64,000 nucleotides of DNA from Paraspadella gotoi (Eukaryota > Animalia > Chaetognatha). Shown here piece after piece: positions 24,949-39,589 of the stretch; position 1 is the first letter of the stretch; each line of letters opens with the position of its first letter. Below the pieces are notes generated by a model. That model had not been told where the DNA came from. It searched no databases and was given only the letters and a program-made list of their open reading frames with translations. The stretch covers positions 28,022,665-28,086,664 of the forward strand of contig CM119265.1 in NCBI GenBank assembly GCA_051294375.1, in the 5' to 3' direction. The translations under genes were made by a program, and so were the position numbers.

Positions 24949-25568
24949 CAGAAACGAAAATGACGAAGATATAATGAAGGAATAATGAGGAATGATGAAA
25001 ATTAAAAGAAAGACCATGAGTAAAATGATAATGATGACGATGACGATGACAACGAAAACAACAACAACGACGAGACACCTCCCCCTAAAAAAAAACGAAT
25101 TTCTAAACGAAATTTAAATTTCCTTTCAAAATTAATTCGTTCAAAGGAGCAGAAAAGAGTTTAAATTTGAAGAGTAGAGCTGATTTAAGGAGCTTAATAA
25201 TGTTGAGGAGTTAAAGAGAGGAGTTTTTTTTTAATTTAAAATGTGTCAAGATTGAATGAAGGAGTCAACCGAAATGGATTCACGTGAATAAGAAATTCAC
25301 TTAATCAAATTCAATAAAAAATTGTTAAGTAAATGAGTTGTTATGAAAAATAAAATATGAAAAGTGGGCGGTGAAATATGAAATACTTACGAATAAGTTT
25401 GGTTTGTCGAAAATATTCAAAGAATCTTTTTCCACCGAAAATGAAAAAAAAAAGAAATAATTTATTTTTTCTTTTTGTGCTGATCAAAAAAAATGGGGGC
25501 ATCGAGTGAAACCATCACCGGCGCCAAAAAGTGTGAAGATTCACAAAGAAGGAAGATGCAAATTGAAA

Positions 25569-25608
<40 letters not shown>

Positions 25609-26190
25609 AAGAACGTGCATGTCATTGTGAATGCCGTCTTTAGGACGAAACAAATTCGGGTCTTTTTGAAAATGTTGTTGTTGTCGTTGTTGTTTTTTGT
25701 TTTTTCTGTTCTGGTTCTGAAGACGATTTAAAAAAGAAAAAGCATAAAAATAAAGAAAGAAAAAACTGTATACAATACGTCGGTATCAAGAATTAACGTC
25801 TTAGAATAGTAATAAATAAAAAAAATTTAAAAAATGAAAGAATTCATTCGGGGTCTCAGAAATTGTCGAATTCCTCAGATCAAACAAAAATTCTTTATCT
25901 ATTTATGTCTTCTAATGTTTTTTTCCTTGTTAATGCAAAGTTTTTACGTCGCGATAAAACGAGGTATTTACTCGATTTAAATTTTGATTAATACCAGCGA
26001 TTAGTTATGATAGTTTTTAAATTAAGTAAGGTTAAACTGATATGACATTGAGCGAAGTTCAATAGCTGAAATTACAAAAAAAAAACATCGTTAGTTTGCT
26101 TGAGGGAACCTGACATTTTATGACGTTGTAAGAAAGTTTGTGTATAATCTAATTTGTATAATTAGTGTCATATCATCAACTTATCTCTAG

Positions 26191-29100
26191 ACACGAAATA
26201 TCTGTGGTGAACGGTCACCCACGCGCGTCTGAAGCTGCACTAGGTTCGTTCAAATGATAAAATTGTTTCCAAGAAAAAATCTTTTATTTGTTCAATTTAA
26301 AATCACGCTTAATAAAATAATCAAAGCATATAGATATTCAGTAGAATTATCTATATGCATAACAAACAAAAGCAGTAACAAATAATACTACACAATAAGA
26401 ATGACCATAAATCAATAAACATTAACAATTAGAATAAGTATTTAAACTTGTGTGATAGATAGTAAATGTGTAGAATATCAGTTTAACAAGAAGAACTAAG
26501 ATCTAGACTGACATACTACTCCAGAATGAGAACCATTGAAACACTACTAGAGTGCTCTAGTAAAATATAAGGTTGTTATGTTCTCTTGTTTTAACATAAC
26601 GAGATAACATCTAGAATAATTAATGTAATTGGAATATCTATATATAATATATCGTTGTGGGGGTGAAGCACTAAGTCTCTGTTAGTGAATGAACAGTTTC
26701 CCGGATCAAATCCGGGGACAACTCTTTTTATTTTGATTTCTAGTAAAATCGTTTATTATCAATTTGATATATTAGTTAAGTTAAGGTTTTTTATATATCA
26801 ATTGGCGATTCGCCCAAACTCCCCTCAGCATTCGAAAGGTCGAAGAATCCTGGGTCGAATCCCAGCATATCTCATCAAACACCCGGGAAATGTTCATTCT
26901 CGGACAAAGACCCTTTCGACTCTTCAATCCTTCATTCGAAAAAGGCGCCAAAAATCCCAGGACCGTGCAATTCGAAGAAGCCGAACCCCTCTTTCTCACG
27001 AACGACAACGGCTACTTTTGGGAAAAAGTCGGCCGGCGCAACAGTATGTGGCCGTCAGAAATGCTTCTACGTCGTATTATGGCCGCAGGTTTAAGATGTC
27101 AATATCTACTCTTTTAATATTAATAATACATGCCTAATGATTGATGACAGTAGTAACTTGTTATGTGTTATAGTGCGACAGAAAGCGCTTCATATATAAG
27201 CAAGTCCCTGAGCTTCGGCATCAGGTTGTAACACTGAGATACAGCCGGATAACGCCCCGTCCCGTCACTGGCGTAGGCGGCCACCGGCGGCCAGAGAACC
27301 CAGACCTATTGGGTTGGGAGGCGACGATGACTTGCACCTCACGCACCTCAATGGCAGCTGATGAACGGTGTTGATTTTAGTCCAACACCATACTAACGAC
27401 CCAAATAAAGTATATCATTCAATTCAAAAATAAGTCTATCTTGCCCTGACTTGGACAGGCTAGCTTTCGGTCATGTATCATTTATTAATAGTTTCACTCA
27501 TATCAACGTTCTTCCTCCCCTATGAACCTATATGCGTCCAGGCGTTCTTGGCCTTGGTGCTCAAACATTCCTTTCCTAAGATCACGGTGACTGGTTTTAA
27601 ACCACCGGTCAGCTAGCCACAAGCCAGTCCATAGTTGCTCAAATCGATCGCAACTAACCAGAGAAAACTTTCAGACCATGGGCATACACAAGTGTTAAGG
27701 CTGAACCACCCACCGTCCGCCCGATGGGCCTGCTGATGACCCTTTTTCCTTTTGGTCAACTTCAACACGACGGAGTAACGCAGTGACCCGTTTCATACCC
27801 GAGTCGCGTTACGCGTGCTGATGTTCAATTCTTCCGTAGTACGCCCCCGTTCATTGCCGTTGAGCAGTAACGGCCATGGAGAAAAAATCGCCCGATTCGT
27901 CTACGTGACTTTCATGTTGTGGATTGAAATATCGAAGATCCCGAATTGGATGTTGAGAAAGAAGCGAAAGGGCCAAGGTGAGGTTCTTGCGGGCGGAAGG
28001 AAAAGCTCAGGGTAAGTATTTTATTAAAGATAAACTTTAATCATTTAATTATTAGTTTTTAGATTAAACATTAGAAATTAATTTGCCATGGATGCAAGGA
28101 AAACATTATTAAGCCGAAAAACTTATACTTTTTATCTTCTTCTTGAAAATAAAACAAAATTCGTTGTCTGTCCAACGATAACAAATATTTTCATTAATTT
28201 TAATTCAAAAGTCTGAAACGAATACGATTAAGCACGGAAGTGAGCAATGTCTACCAAATTAAACACACTTGTCTAGAATTCATGTAAACTTAATTATGTA
28301 TATATATCCTATAATTTAAACTAATTTCTTTTTTTTAAATCAAGAGGCTGCGCCGCGATTGAACGCAACGATCGATTCGCTGGTCTCCCTGCCTTTCAAT
28401 CATCCACTTCATTTTCGTTCCGACGGAGTTTCTCGGGACTTCAATTCTCATTCGTCTCTCCATCTCTCTAAAAAACACGCTTGCATGCGCTCACTGCTAA
28501 AGGTAATTCGGAGCCATAAGAGTTCCTCCGGGCCTACACCTAAAGTGGCCCCGGTCACACTAAGCTAACGTAGCTTCCACTTTTACGGGGCAGTCCCTCA
28601 TAAGGGAGGCGGATCAGTTTCGACGTGGAAGAAAGTCTGGCGAGTAGGGGAAAATTTTGAGTATGAAAAAAAGAATCCGTTTATAATATTTAGTATGTTA
28701 TAGATTCTGCCAAATTATGATAGAATCTAGTCGAATTTGCAAAGTTTTCAACAGATTCTTACAACATTTGCATACGTATTAGACACAATCGAATTCTATA
28801 TTTAGTCATATTTAGGCATTGACACTATTTTATGAGATGATATGAATTTTCTTAAATGAGTTGATAATTCTTAAACTTAGTTTCTTAATTTTATATTTAA
28901 TTAAAAGATTTTATGCGAAATAATTGAATATAATGTTAGAATATAATTTAGGACTCTATGTTAAGATATTTCTACTCTCTCACACCTTTCTCCCCTGCCT
29001 CTCGTCTCTCTCTCTCTCTCTCTCTCTTCCTTTTCAGAGAAGCTCCTCTGGGAGTAGACTTTCGACGCTGCCACCCCACGGTTTCTGCGCGTCACTCGGC

Positions 29101-31300
29101 AGCGACTGATTGGCGCCCTCATCGGGTTCCAACGACCAATTTCGACTTTCACACCAACGACTACGCTTGGCGCCACTTCCTGCCGTCAACAAATACTCCC
29201 ACCCTCAGCTCGGTGCGACGAAGGCAAAGCTTTTCGGCGCCTTCGAACTGTGGGAAATGGTTTCGAGAACGGTCTCTCGCCATGCACAGACGGGCGCGAC
29301 GATAGGTATTTCTCTTTCGGTCTCTCGCCTTGCCTTGGCGCGCCACATCGGCGACGCCAACAGCTGGTACTTAGGGTGGAGTGGAGGATGAATAGATCAA
29401 CATAGAGCAGGAATTGATAAATCATTATTACTAAAATACTTTTTTTAATTAAAATTATAATTTTTTTATCTTATAAATTAGAGAAAACACAAGTCTGTTT
29501 GTCTTGATAACAACCGATTTATTTACATTGGACATGTTTCGCGCATCTTGCTTTAAGTCTTCATCACACGCTGATACCTTACATTCTCGCACAACCAATC
29601 TTTAAAATATAATGCTTACAAAATTTTTTACAATATTATCGCAGTGAAGTCAACGTCACAAAAGATGAAATCAAATATAACCAAAACCAGAATCATAATA
29701 GGGATCAGAGGACTCGAATAAAACGACCAGATTTTGGAATCCATTGAATGATCGCGAGCCGATGAGAATTGCTATTCAACCTCTCAGTGTCCTATATTAC
29801 GATCTCTCGTCGCCGCCTCACATCTTTCTATAATCAAATAGACCTAGCTTTTTTAGTTCAGTAAAATTGATCTGGACTCCGGCGTTGTCTCATCCCGTCA
29901 CCTGTTACTTTCTCTTGTCTTTCTTGTTCAATGTCGGTGTACAGTATTTTTGGGCAAGTGACTAACCATTTAAGTCTATTTTTTTTTTATATTTTAAGTT
30001 TTTCTTAAAAATCCATATTTCTTCTTAATTACATCCAAATCAAAAAGATATTCTAATTATTTTTTTAAAAATAATTAATAGTATAATGTCTCATTCCTTC
30101 ACTCCGCCCTACTTCTCCAGAGTCACGCGACGAGCACGACTTACCTATCGACCTTCTCAGTGGGCGAATGAATTCTCGCCGGCGACTTGGACGATTCCGT
30201 CTCCTCTTAGTCATGTCCCGATCACGGACCTCGATTCGGCGTACAGTTCTGCACCACGCCCCTCGGACGGCTACGAGCAGCGGCCACCCTTTCTTGTGTG
30301 TGTGCTTTCTCTCTTATTTCTCACTACACGCTGGCGATGCTGTTTGGCCACTGCCACCGATCCTCCACCTAGCCCTTTCTCCTTCCTCCATCGGTCTCCA
30401 GAGACGATTTTCCCAACTGGTCGCCAAACGCTGTGGATCGCATGCTCAACGCTGACCTAACGCAACGGCCTTGACGACCCAGTCACGAAACGTTTGCTCC
30501 ACTTCGCTGCACATCCAGAACCTACACTCGTACCTTGGACCCGAGGGCCTCAGTTCCCGCCTCCGCCTCGATCTCTCATGACGAGATTCCGGCAAACCGG
30601 ACGCTGCGAAGACGCAGCAGGGTGCCGGTTATCCAGTTCTCGGGTGCCGTGACGCCGACTCCGTTGAAGCCGAATTCGAGCAGAAGCGATTAGGAGTGGC
30701 CAATGCTGTTGGTAAGTCCATCATATGTGAATGAGTATGGGCTCGAGACATAAAGATGAGGGGACTATGACGGGGCAATGTTTGTCTCTCTCTCTCTCGC
30801 TCTCTCTCTCCTCTCTCTTTATTAGTGATGCGCGAGCCCTTCGGTATGGTTAATACTTATTTGTACTGTTATCGTTTAATATCAATTTCTCATGCCTCCA
30901 ACACGGCCTCAGGCTGTCCAACTGCTTTCGCGCGACATTAAAATTTAGAAAGAGTGAGCGGCATGAACGCGGCCAGTCGATACGACTCGATGGCGAAGCG
31001 GATAAAAAGTTCGGTGGGCGGCGCCTCACTTCACGATTGTCCCTCGTCTTGAGCCAGAGCTCAGCCGTGGTTCACGGGGGTCTGGCCCGCCCGGGCCTCA
31101 AAGAGAAGGTTGAGTATACTCCTTCCACGCACCGCCAGGACCTGAACAATCTTTACACTATTCTCCAGCCTCGAGAACTATACGCTAATCAAGATGCTGT
31201 GGCAACGATCCTGTACAACTCGCATCAAGGCATTTGTAATCTTAAGCCAAAAGCGTTTATAGGAGATGATCAGTCATCTGTGCGTTTGCACACATGATAA
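26191..31300 (+). pseudogene. DUF229-family gene, copy 1 (indel-riddled, first recognisable exon interrupted by the solo LTR)
   Basis: Colinear with 45726-53220 but with abundant single-base insertions. May be an error-prone read rather than a real pseudogene. Confidence 0.6.
26203..26867. mobile_element. Solo-LTR-like insertion (665 bp) with 4-bp TSD TATC
   Basis: TG...CA ends, TATC on both sides (26199-26202 and 26868-26871). Absent from the duplicate locus at ~45735. Confidence 0.75.
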
Positions 31301-34300
31301 GCAGCCACGGCTGCGTGCGGACCGGTACTCCCCATCATCCCGCTCACGTCACATACTAGTTCTTCTCCTCGACCGCGACACTGAGCTTGGGCACCAGCAT
31401 GCCCACGCTGATATACCGTGCTCTCAGCGTCAAATCTCACTCACTTCATCCACTTTACTCAGACCTTCAGACGAGTGCGACTATCTGCGATCAGAATTGC
31501 AATGGTCTGAAGCATAGTATCTCGATAACATGACTATCGAAAACGATGAAGTTGATCATTGCAGTTGAATTATTTACCAATTCGTGGACTGTTGAATGTT
31601 TAAGTTTTCTCAAACATAACCCACATCACATACCTAGCAACCGACATCAAGACAACTGTCACTGTATCAACGCGGATCAATACATAACACAATATCTCGA
31701 GCTGAGCGCTCGCACTCCACCCTCCTCTATATATACATCTACCTACACAGTATACACGCGCTATCTACTCACAACCTACCACACTATACACACTAACTAA
31801 TGCGATGCTATGCTGCATAAACAGAAGCTGTGATAGATATCACATCCAGTCATATACATCCTACAGAGTCATCGACAGAACTAGCGCACACAACATCCGC
31901 AGCATCACAATATCATATACAACCGCTACCTTATCATTTTAACTTTCATCCGTGATTCTGCACCAATGTAATCTTTACGTCCACTGCACAGATACTCTAT
32001 GTCTCGTGGTATCACTTTCGTACTACACAATATCGCACACTCTTATATCATCCCATCTCCGTGTCATAATCTTCCGCCTACTGAAACTAATTCATGCTAT
32101 CTGACACACCTAAGCTTAGAGCTACGCGACTAACGCAGCATCACTCCTACGAACACCTCTTATTTACTCTCCTTCACACTCATGTAGTTCAACCCCTGCC
32201 CACAGCATTATACGTAAAAACCTCTTAATCTCTTAGTAGAGCTCTGCAGATAATACGTCTAAGGCACACCGACTTGCAACACGAAACTAGTACCATATAA
32301 TACGCAAAGAAATAAAAAACTTACACGGCAATAAAGTGACAATTAGCTACTGGGCAAAATATGTAGTCTGCCAAATCTAATCCGTCTCCAACAACAACCA
32401 CGCACAACCACTAGACGCTGAGAAGGCGAGCACCACTGCTCTGACTCACATATTCATCTACTGCTCCTCCCTCATCTGCTTGATCGCAGCGTCTGCTACG
32501 CCTCCGTAGCTGCCTCTGATCTGCGTCTCTATACCCTCTCGTACCTCCTCGGTCCTACTCTCGTCTCAGCTCTCTCACTCTCGTCAACTCCAACTTCCTC
32601 TCCCATCTCCAACTCCACTCCTATCGATCTCCCTCCTTGCCGTGCGTGTACTCGTTATGATCCGTGTCCTACACGCACGACATCGTTAAATCTGTCCACG
32701 GATCTATCCGCGTCCTTCGCCGCCAGTCATATGTCTTGTTATCGCAAAGCTCATCATGCACTCTCTCGTCCTATATATGTCTGATATCACTGAAAACATG
32801 CTGAACAACAATTTTATTCGCAAGAAGAAGGCCAAAACAGACATCTCGACATTACATACATCACAATGCAGACTCCTAGACTCAACATACAACCTCTGAG
32901 TATCCAACCTACACATCTACGTAAATACCAATAATGGGGGAGAAAGGACAACCTCGCAGAAAGAAGAAGAGAGATAGAGAGACCAGAGAAGATTAGAGAG
33001 AGATGACCTCCAGCACGACCATACTCATCATAGCCCCAGCGTACAGTAGATACGCAACTCGACGCATGCATCACTCGATCCGGATCTCGCTCTCGAACAA
33101 GGCGAGATCGCATCGTCCACTGGTGATCCCCTAGCCTCATATAAGCTATATAACTCGCAATAACGCTCGACCTGCTACAGAACGTATCTTACATCTCTCC
33201 TGCTTAAATATAGCGATTCTTCCATTAGGGGGAATGAGGGCGAAGTACTGTAGCTGCAACAAAACACTCGTCCCGACTGGCTCGGACCAACCCTCAGACA
33301 ACACCACGTAATTCACGACCCTACCAGTGACGTATGGTATCTCTATTCTATACTCCACCGAGATCACAGAGAGAGAGTACACACACTAGCACCTTTATCT
33401 CTTCCCAAGTCCTCCCTACCATAGTATAGACACGACTCTCGCGAGACTCATCACACACAGTATCTTCTCATACTGACACCATCCACATCAGCAACGAACT
33501 CAGGTGTATAAACCTGCTATACATATAACCGACAGCATAAAGTATCGTACAGATATCCTCTCCATTCTTCCAGAGCGTTCCGAGCACTCTAGATCGGCGG
33601 TCACCTCCCGCAGCATGCATACAGCATTATTCACCACGTCTGTTTCAGCTGCCAGCGACTTCTCACACACACAATGTATACCTATAGCGCGAGAGCCCTC
33701 ACACTCACCACAAAGTGACGGCAACTCAAAGGCGATTTACTTATACAATAATTTTTTTTTTTCATTAACAGCTTTTATAATTCTGTATTGAAAGCTCGCA
33801 GAGTCTTGATATGTTATAATCTTGTTATAATTTGTTATAATCTTGTTATAGTCTTGTTATAATTCTGTTATGATCTTGTTAGAGGGGATAAGGACTAAAA
33901 CTCAAAATTGGGCAAGATAGCTTATAGTTAAGTGAAATGGATAATTTTTAAATTGAAAAAAATTGAAAATTGAAAATTATAAATTAACATTAATTGGGCT
34001 AAATTAGGAAATTAGCACTACAAAGCTTATTTGGTAAAATTTAGTTAGATTTTAAGATTTTAGATTTCTCGAAAAGTAAGTTTAGAATAAGGTCAGGGCT
34101 GGAAGGGTGTTATGTTTCGGGTGAGTTGAGAGTGAGAAAAATGAGTCTCGTGAAATTTTGGTGAAGGTCAGCGGAGTGGTGAGAGTGAATAGCGAGTAAA
34201 AGTTGGTCTGAGATTGACTTTTTTTTTTATCATTTTGGTGTCACAGACGACGATTTCAAGAAATAACTGATAACTTAAAAGTTGTGAACCACAATTTTCA

Positions 34301-36679
34301 ATTTTTATATAAATCTATTGTATAGTTTTGTATTGTATGTTGCATTTGCATTTGGCATTGACAAAAATATAAATGAAAATAGCTTGTCTAACTCAGAAAG
34401 AGATATGGAAAAAGAATACGAACACAAATGATATAAATGTAAGAAAACAAATCGCTAGAGAGAGAGAGAGAGAGAGAGACGAGAGAGAAGAGAGAGAGAA
34501 GAGAAAATGGAAAACATTTGGCTGTCGAATGGAATTCGGCCCAGCGCAAATTAAACGATGGGGAAGTTAAAGAGGAGAGAGAGAGGAGAGAGAGAGAGAG
34601 GAGTCTATCAATCTCCTTGAACCGACTTCAATTTTTTCTTTTTTCCAACTCTCACCTTTCTTTTCTTTATTCGGGATTTCCTCCCATTTTTTCTTTTTTT
34701 TTCTTTTTCTTTCTTCTTTTTAGCTTTCTTCCGTTATTAGTTATTTTTTCCTCATCTGGTTTTTTTCTTTTATTTGTTTTGCGCTCACTTTTTTTTTGGT
34801 TTCCAGAATTGTTTATTTTCCTTTTTTTTTTTGTCTTTCTTTTTTTATTTTTCAGTTTTTACTTTCCCTATTTTCTGAGGTGCGTTTTTTTTTTGGTGTG
34901 ATTTAGAATTGGGAATCGGAGGAAGGAATGGAGAAAAGAAAAGAAGAAGAAAAGAAAGGAAATGGAAAGAGAAGGAAGGGAGGTAGTAGGAAGAAGGGAA
35001 AAGAAAAGGAAGGAAGGAGAAAGGAAAGAGGAGAAAAAGGACGGAAGCAGGAAAAAAAGAAAAGAAAAAAGGGAAGAAAGGCAGGAAGTAAGAAGAGAGG
35101 AAAAGAAAAAGGAAGGAAGGAGGAAGGAGGAAAAATAAAAGAGATAGGAGAAAGGAAAGAGAGAAAAGGACGGGGAAGGAAAAAAAGAAACAAAAGAATA
35201 ATGAGGAAAAGGAGAAAAGTAAGAAGAAAGGAAAAGAAAAGGAAGTGAGAAAATAAAAAAGAAGATAGGAGAAAGGAAAGAGGGAGAAAAGTAGTTTGTT
35301 GGTAAAAAAATATAAAGATTGAAATGAAATGAGAGAGAGAAATAAAAGAAAGAAAAAATGTGGAAGGAAAAAGGAAAAGTGAAGGGAAGTGAGGTAGGAG
35401 GAAAGACCGAGAGGGAGAGAGAGTAAAAAAGTGACAAAAGGAGAGATTGATGGAGGAAAGAGTCCAAATAAAGAAGGAAGGAAGAAAGAAGAGAGGAAGG
35501 AAGGAAGGAAGGAGTAAAAAATGAAGTTAGTATATAAATAAGCGAAGAAAGTAGAAAGGAAGGAAGGAAGGAAAAAAGGAAGGAAGAAAAACAGGAAGGA
35601 CGGATGAATCAAGAAATACCAACTAGGTTGGCTTGTGCTTTTAGTCTTTAGGCTTAGGCTTTAGGCTTTAGTGGAGAAAGGCAGAACCAGAGAAAATAAA
35701 ATGGAAACAAGAGGAAGGACAAAAAAAAAAGGTAAAAAAGAAAAAGAAGGGAGGATCCAGTAGGGAGAGGGAGTCACTTGTCCTCCCATTCCTTTTTTTT
35801 TTGTGCACGGAAAAGGGCGACGTTAAAATCCAGCGTCTTTACTTCCGGTTTCGTCTCTTTAGGGGCGTAAAAGTGCAATCTAGGGGAAAAGGGCGAAAAA
35901 GGGAAAAAGGAGAGAAGGGAAGGGGAGGAAAGAGGAGAGGAGGAGAGGGAGGAAGAGGGAGCAGAGGAGAGAGGGGGAGGAAAGAAGGGGAGGGAGAGGG
36001 GGAATAGGAACAGAGGGAGAAGGGGGAGAAGAGGAGGAAAGGAGGAGGGAGGAGAGGGGAGGAAGAGGGGAACAGGAGGAGAAGGGGAGAAAGGAGAGGG
36101 AGGAGAGGGAGGAAAGAGAGGAACGGAGGGAGAAGGGGGAGAAGAGGGAGGAGGGAGGAGAGGGGAGGAAGAGGGGAACAGGAGGGAGAAGGGGAGGAAG
36201 GAGAGAGGAGAAGAGGGGAGGAAGAGGGGAACAGGAGGGAGAAGGGGAGGAAGGAGGAGGGAGAGAGGGGAGGAATAGGGGAACAGGAGGGAGAAGGGGA
36301 GAAGGTGGGAGGACAAGAGAGAGAGGCGGGAGGAGAGGGGAAAGAAGAAGGGTAGGAAAGAGAAGGGAAGAAAAAAACGTTATAAAATGTAGGCAAAGAA
36401 AAGCGGGACTTCACGAAAAAACATTTTATGTTATTAACACTTATAAACATTTTTGTTCTGTATTGTCTTTTTCATTTCTTGTTGTTTCTTTTTGTTTTCT
36501 TTTATCTAATTTTGTTTTTGTTTTTTTTACTGTTTTACCTTTTGTACTTTTTCCTCTTTTTATATTTCGTTCTGAGCTTCATTCTTTTTTCTCTTGTTTT
36601 CTTCTTTCTTTTCTTTTTTATTTCTTTTCTTTTCTCCATCTTTCTCTAAGCCCCCTCGTCCACCGCTTGCCTGCTCTCT

Positions 36680-36715
<36 letters not shown>

Positions 36716-37246
36716 GCTCAGTATTAGAGGAAGGAGTAAAAAATTTAGGTTAAAGAACTTTTGGGTTTTCGGACTTTGGGGTCTGAGATTTGGGTTTGCG
36801 AATTGGGTGGAGATTCTGAGACTCAGACTGAGACGAGGAAAGGTGATTTCGTGGTTGAGACTCAGAAACAGGGTTTTATTTTTCAGTTTTAAACTCTTTA
36901 GCTTCCGGTCACTAAAATATATTGACTTTTTCAATGAATTTAAAAATTTCAAGTTTTAAGAGATGAAAATGATTAAGTGAATGATAAACGAACGACGGAA
37001 TGTGAATGTGAATGAATGAAAAAAGATGAAAATGAATGTAATATGAACGACGGAATTGAAATGAATGAAAAAAGATGAAAATGAATGAATAAACGAACGA
37101 CGGAATGTGAATGTGAATTTGAATGAAATGAAATGAATACAAAATTAAAAAGAGAAAATGATTAAGAGGCTGAGTGAAACAAAAAGATTAAAAGAAAAAA
37201 AAAGACTTAAAAAAGGAGAACTGATTCTATCCATTCAATGTCCAGA

Positions 37247-37285
<39 letters not shown>

Positions 37286-38972
37286 ACAAAAACTACAGAG
37301 GGATATGAAAAAGTGAAATCCGCCAAATTCTCTCTTTTTTTTTGTCGCGGCAAAAAAAATGAAAAACGAGTTCGTGCGCAATTTTTCTGTTGTTGTGTGT
37401 TGGTGTGTAGTTTTGTGTGTGTTTTGTTTTTCATCATTTTTTCACACCTTTTTTTTTGGGTTCATTTTCACATTTTTACTCCGAAGTTTTTTTCCTTTCT
37501 TTCTTTTTTTTAGGAAAAAGGAAAAAAAAATTAAAAAAAACCAGAAAGAAAAAAAGACTCGATGCTTTTTTGTTTTGTTTACTTTTTTTATTTATTTAAT
37601 TTTTTTTCTCACTCGTTGCTAAGCACCATTCCATAAATCAAGTCGCCGGTGAAGGCTGAAAAATGTGACGCGGTCGTCGTCGTCCTCGCGTCGTTGTTGT
37701 CGTCGATGATGACGACGATGACGACGACGATGACCGACGACGAAAAGACTTACGACGATCAGTGGGCGATAGCGATGGCGACGAAAATCAGAGGAAGAAA
37801 AAAAGTATAAACGACTTTCGCCGCGTCTTTTACTACGACACTCTCTCTCTCTCCTCTCTCTCTCTCTCTTCTCTCTCTCTCCCAGCAGCCATCTCCCCGC
37901 CACCAAATCGTTCATCTCACCTGACGTCATCAACTCGCATCATCTCACATCCTCACTCCCTGGTTTTGTTGGGTGATTTATTCACAGAGGTCATTCCTAT
38001 CACTGATTCACGGAGTGTGATCTTGGCCAATGAAGGGTCATCAGGACATCATCACGATGACACCAAATGACCTTTTCGTTTTACTGGTGAGACAGCTTGA
38101 GTGCTCGACCGTTTCAATTTGTTTTAACCAAAACGATATTGAAATATCATCTACATACAGAAAACAGTAGCAGCAATCAATAACAGCGTAAAAAGACTGG
38201 AACACGGTAAACAAATAAAACTACCTGATAAAAATGTTACCATAAACCATGTCATTAAAATCTTATATCATCACTGAATTGTTAGAAACTACTTCAACTA
38301 CTTTTTTTTCAATTTCTGACCCGTTCGTAAAGTTTTCCTTTAAAATACTAAAAATACAAAAACAACAGCCTTTTCACAATTGTGACATGAAATTCAATCA
38401 GTAGCGAATTATTCTAACCACTCTCGAATAATTGAATCGGTTCATTCTGAACTTTTTAAAAATTATTAACAAGAACTAATTGGCAATAGAAAAAAATTAA
38501 GACAATCCGAACACGACAATATGCAAATAAGATTGATGACCTAATCTACCACTTTCCATTTCNNNNNNNNNNNNNNNNNNNNNNNNNNNNNNNNNNNNNN
38601 NNNNNNNNNNNNNNNNNNNNNNNNNNNNNNNNNNNNNNNNNNNNNNNNNNNNNNNNNNNNNNAGTTTGTTGAGAGAGATCCTTTGCCTGACGAGGGGGGA
38701 ATAGACGACCCCCCCCCCCCCCCCGCGGAACAGCCAACCTGTTGGGGTCCATCCCGTTCTTTTGGTGCGCCCAAACTGTCAAGAGAGAGCAAAGGCTCTT
38801 GACTCCGCGGTCAGCTCAGCCGAGGGGATCAACTACGCGAACAATGCCATCTCTTGTAACTAACGAGACAAGGACCGAAGATATCGCTCCCGCAAAGTCT
38901 TCACGGAGTAAGTAAACTTGTGTGTGTGTGTGTGAATGAGAGAGAGAGAGAGAGAGAGAGACGGAGAGAGAG

Positions 38973-39014
<42 letters not shown>

Positions 39015-39277
39015 TGAGATAAGGAGAAAGATTAAATCTTTCACGATAATTCTAATGATTTAATAAATCATACGTTCACGTTTATCATTCATTCAATCGT
39101 TCTTTCATTAATTAACTTCTTCAGTTACTTTTGGAGTTGCGGCTGTCTTTGAGAGCCCACCAAGAATTGATGTAGGGGTCGCCATCCCATGTCCTGATTT
39201 GAAGGAGAAAGAAATCAAAAATTAAATAGGAGAGCAAGGAGAAGTAAGAGACAACAATTATTGCAAACAGAATCGAG

Positions 39278-39357
39278 GCCGTGAGGATAGATAGTGTGTT
39301 AGTTTACTTCGCGTTGTGGCCGCGACGACCCAGGTTCGATTCGTCAGGGTCACGGCA
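39278..39357 (+). tRNA. tRNA-His(GTG)-like gene with several apparent extra bases
   Basis: Acceptor GCCGTGA/TCACGGCA, anticodon arm TCGCG-TTGTGGC-CGCGA, T-loop GGTTCGA, followed by a long T run. Confidence 0.8.
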
Positions 39358-39415
39358 TTTTTTTATTTTTTTTTTTATTTTTTTTTTAAATTTTTTTTTT
39401 TTTTTTTTTTTTTTA

Positions 39416-39510
<95 letters not shown>

Positions 39511-39589
39511 TTTATTTTTTTTTTTTTAGCAATCTTTTTTTAAAAAGTCGTAACTTTTTGACACAACACCATCGGTCAAACATAACCCA

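Noticed and set aside
31050-33720. 2.7 kb of unusual, seemingly unique C/A-rich sequence with short ORFs
   Set aside because: Anchors such as TTACACGGCA..TAA.GTGA (32321 versus 53747) show it is an insertion-inflated, low-quality version of ~53070-54375. Read noise, not biology.
35640-35672. TTAGGC telomere-like repeats
   Set aside because: Only 3-4 degenerate units, interstitial.
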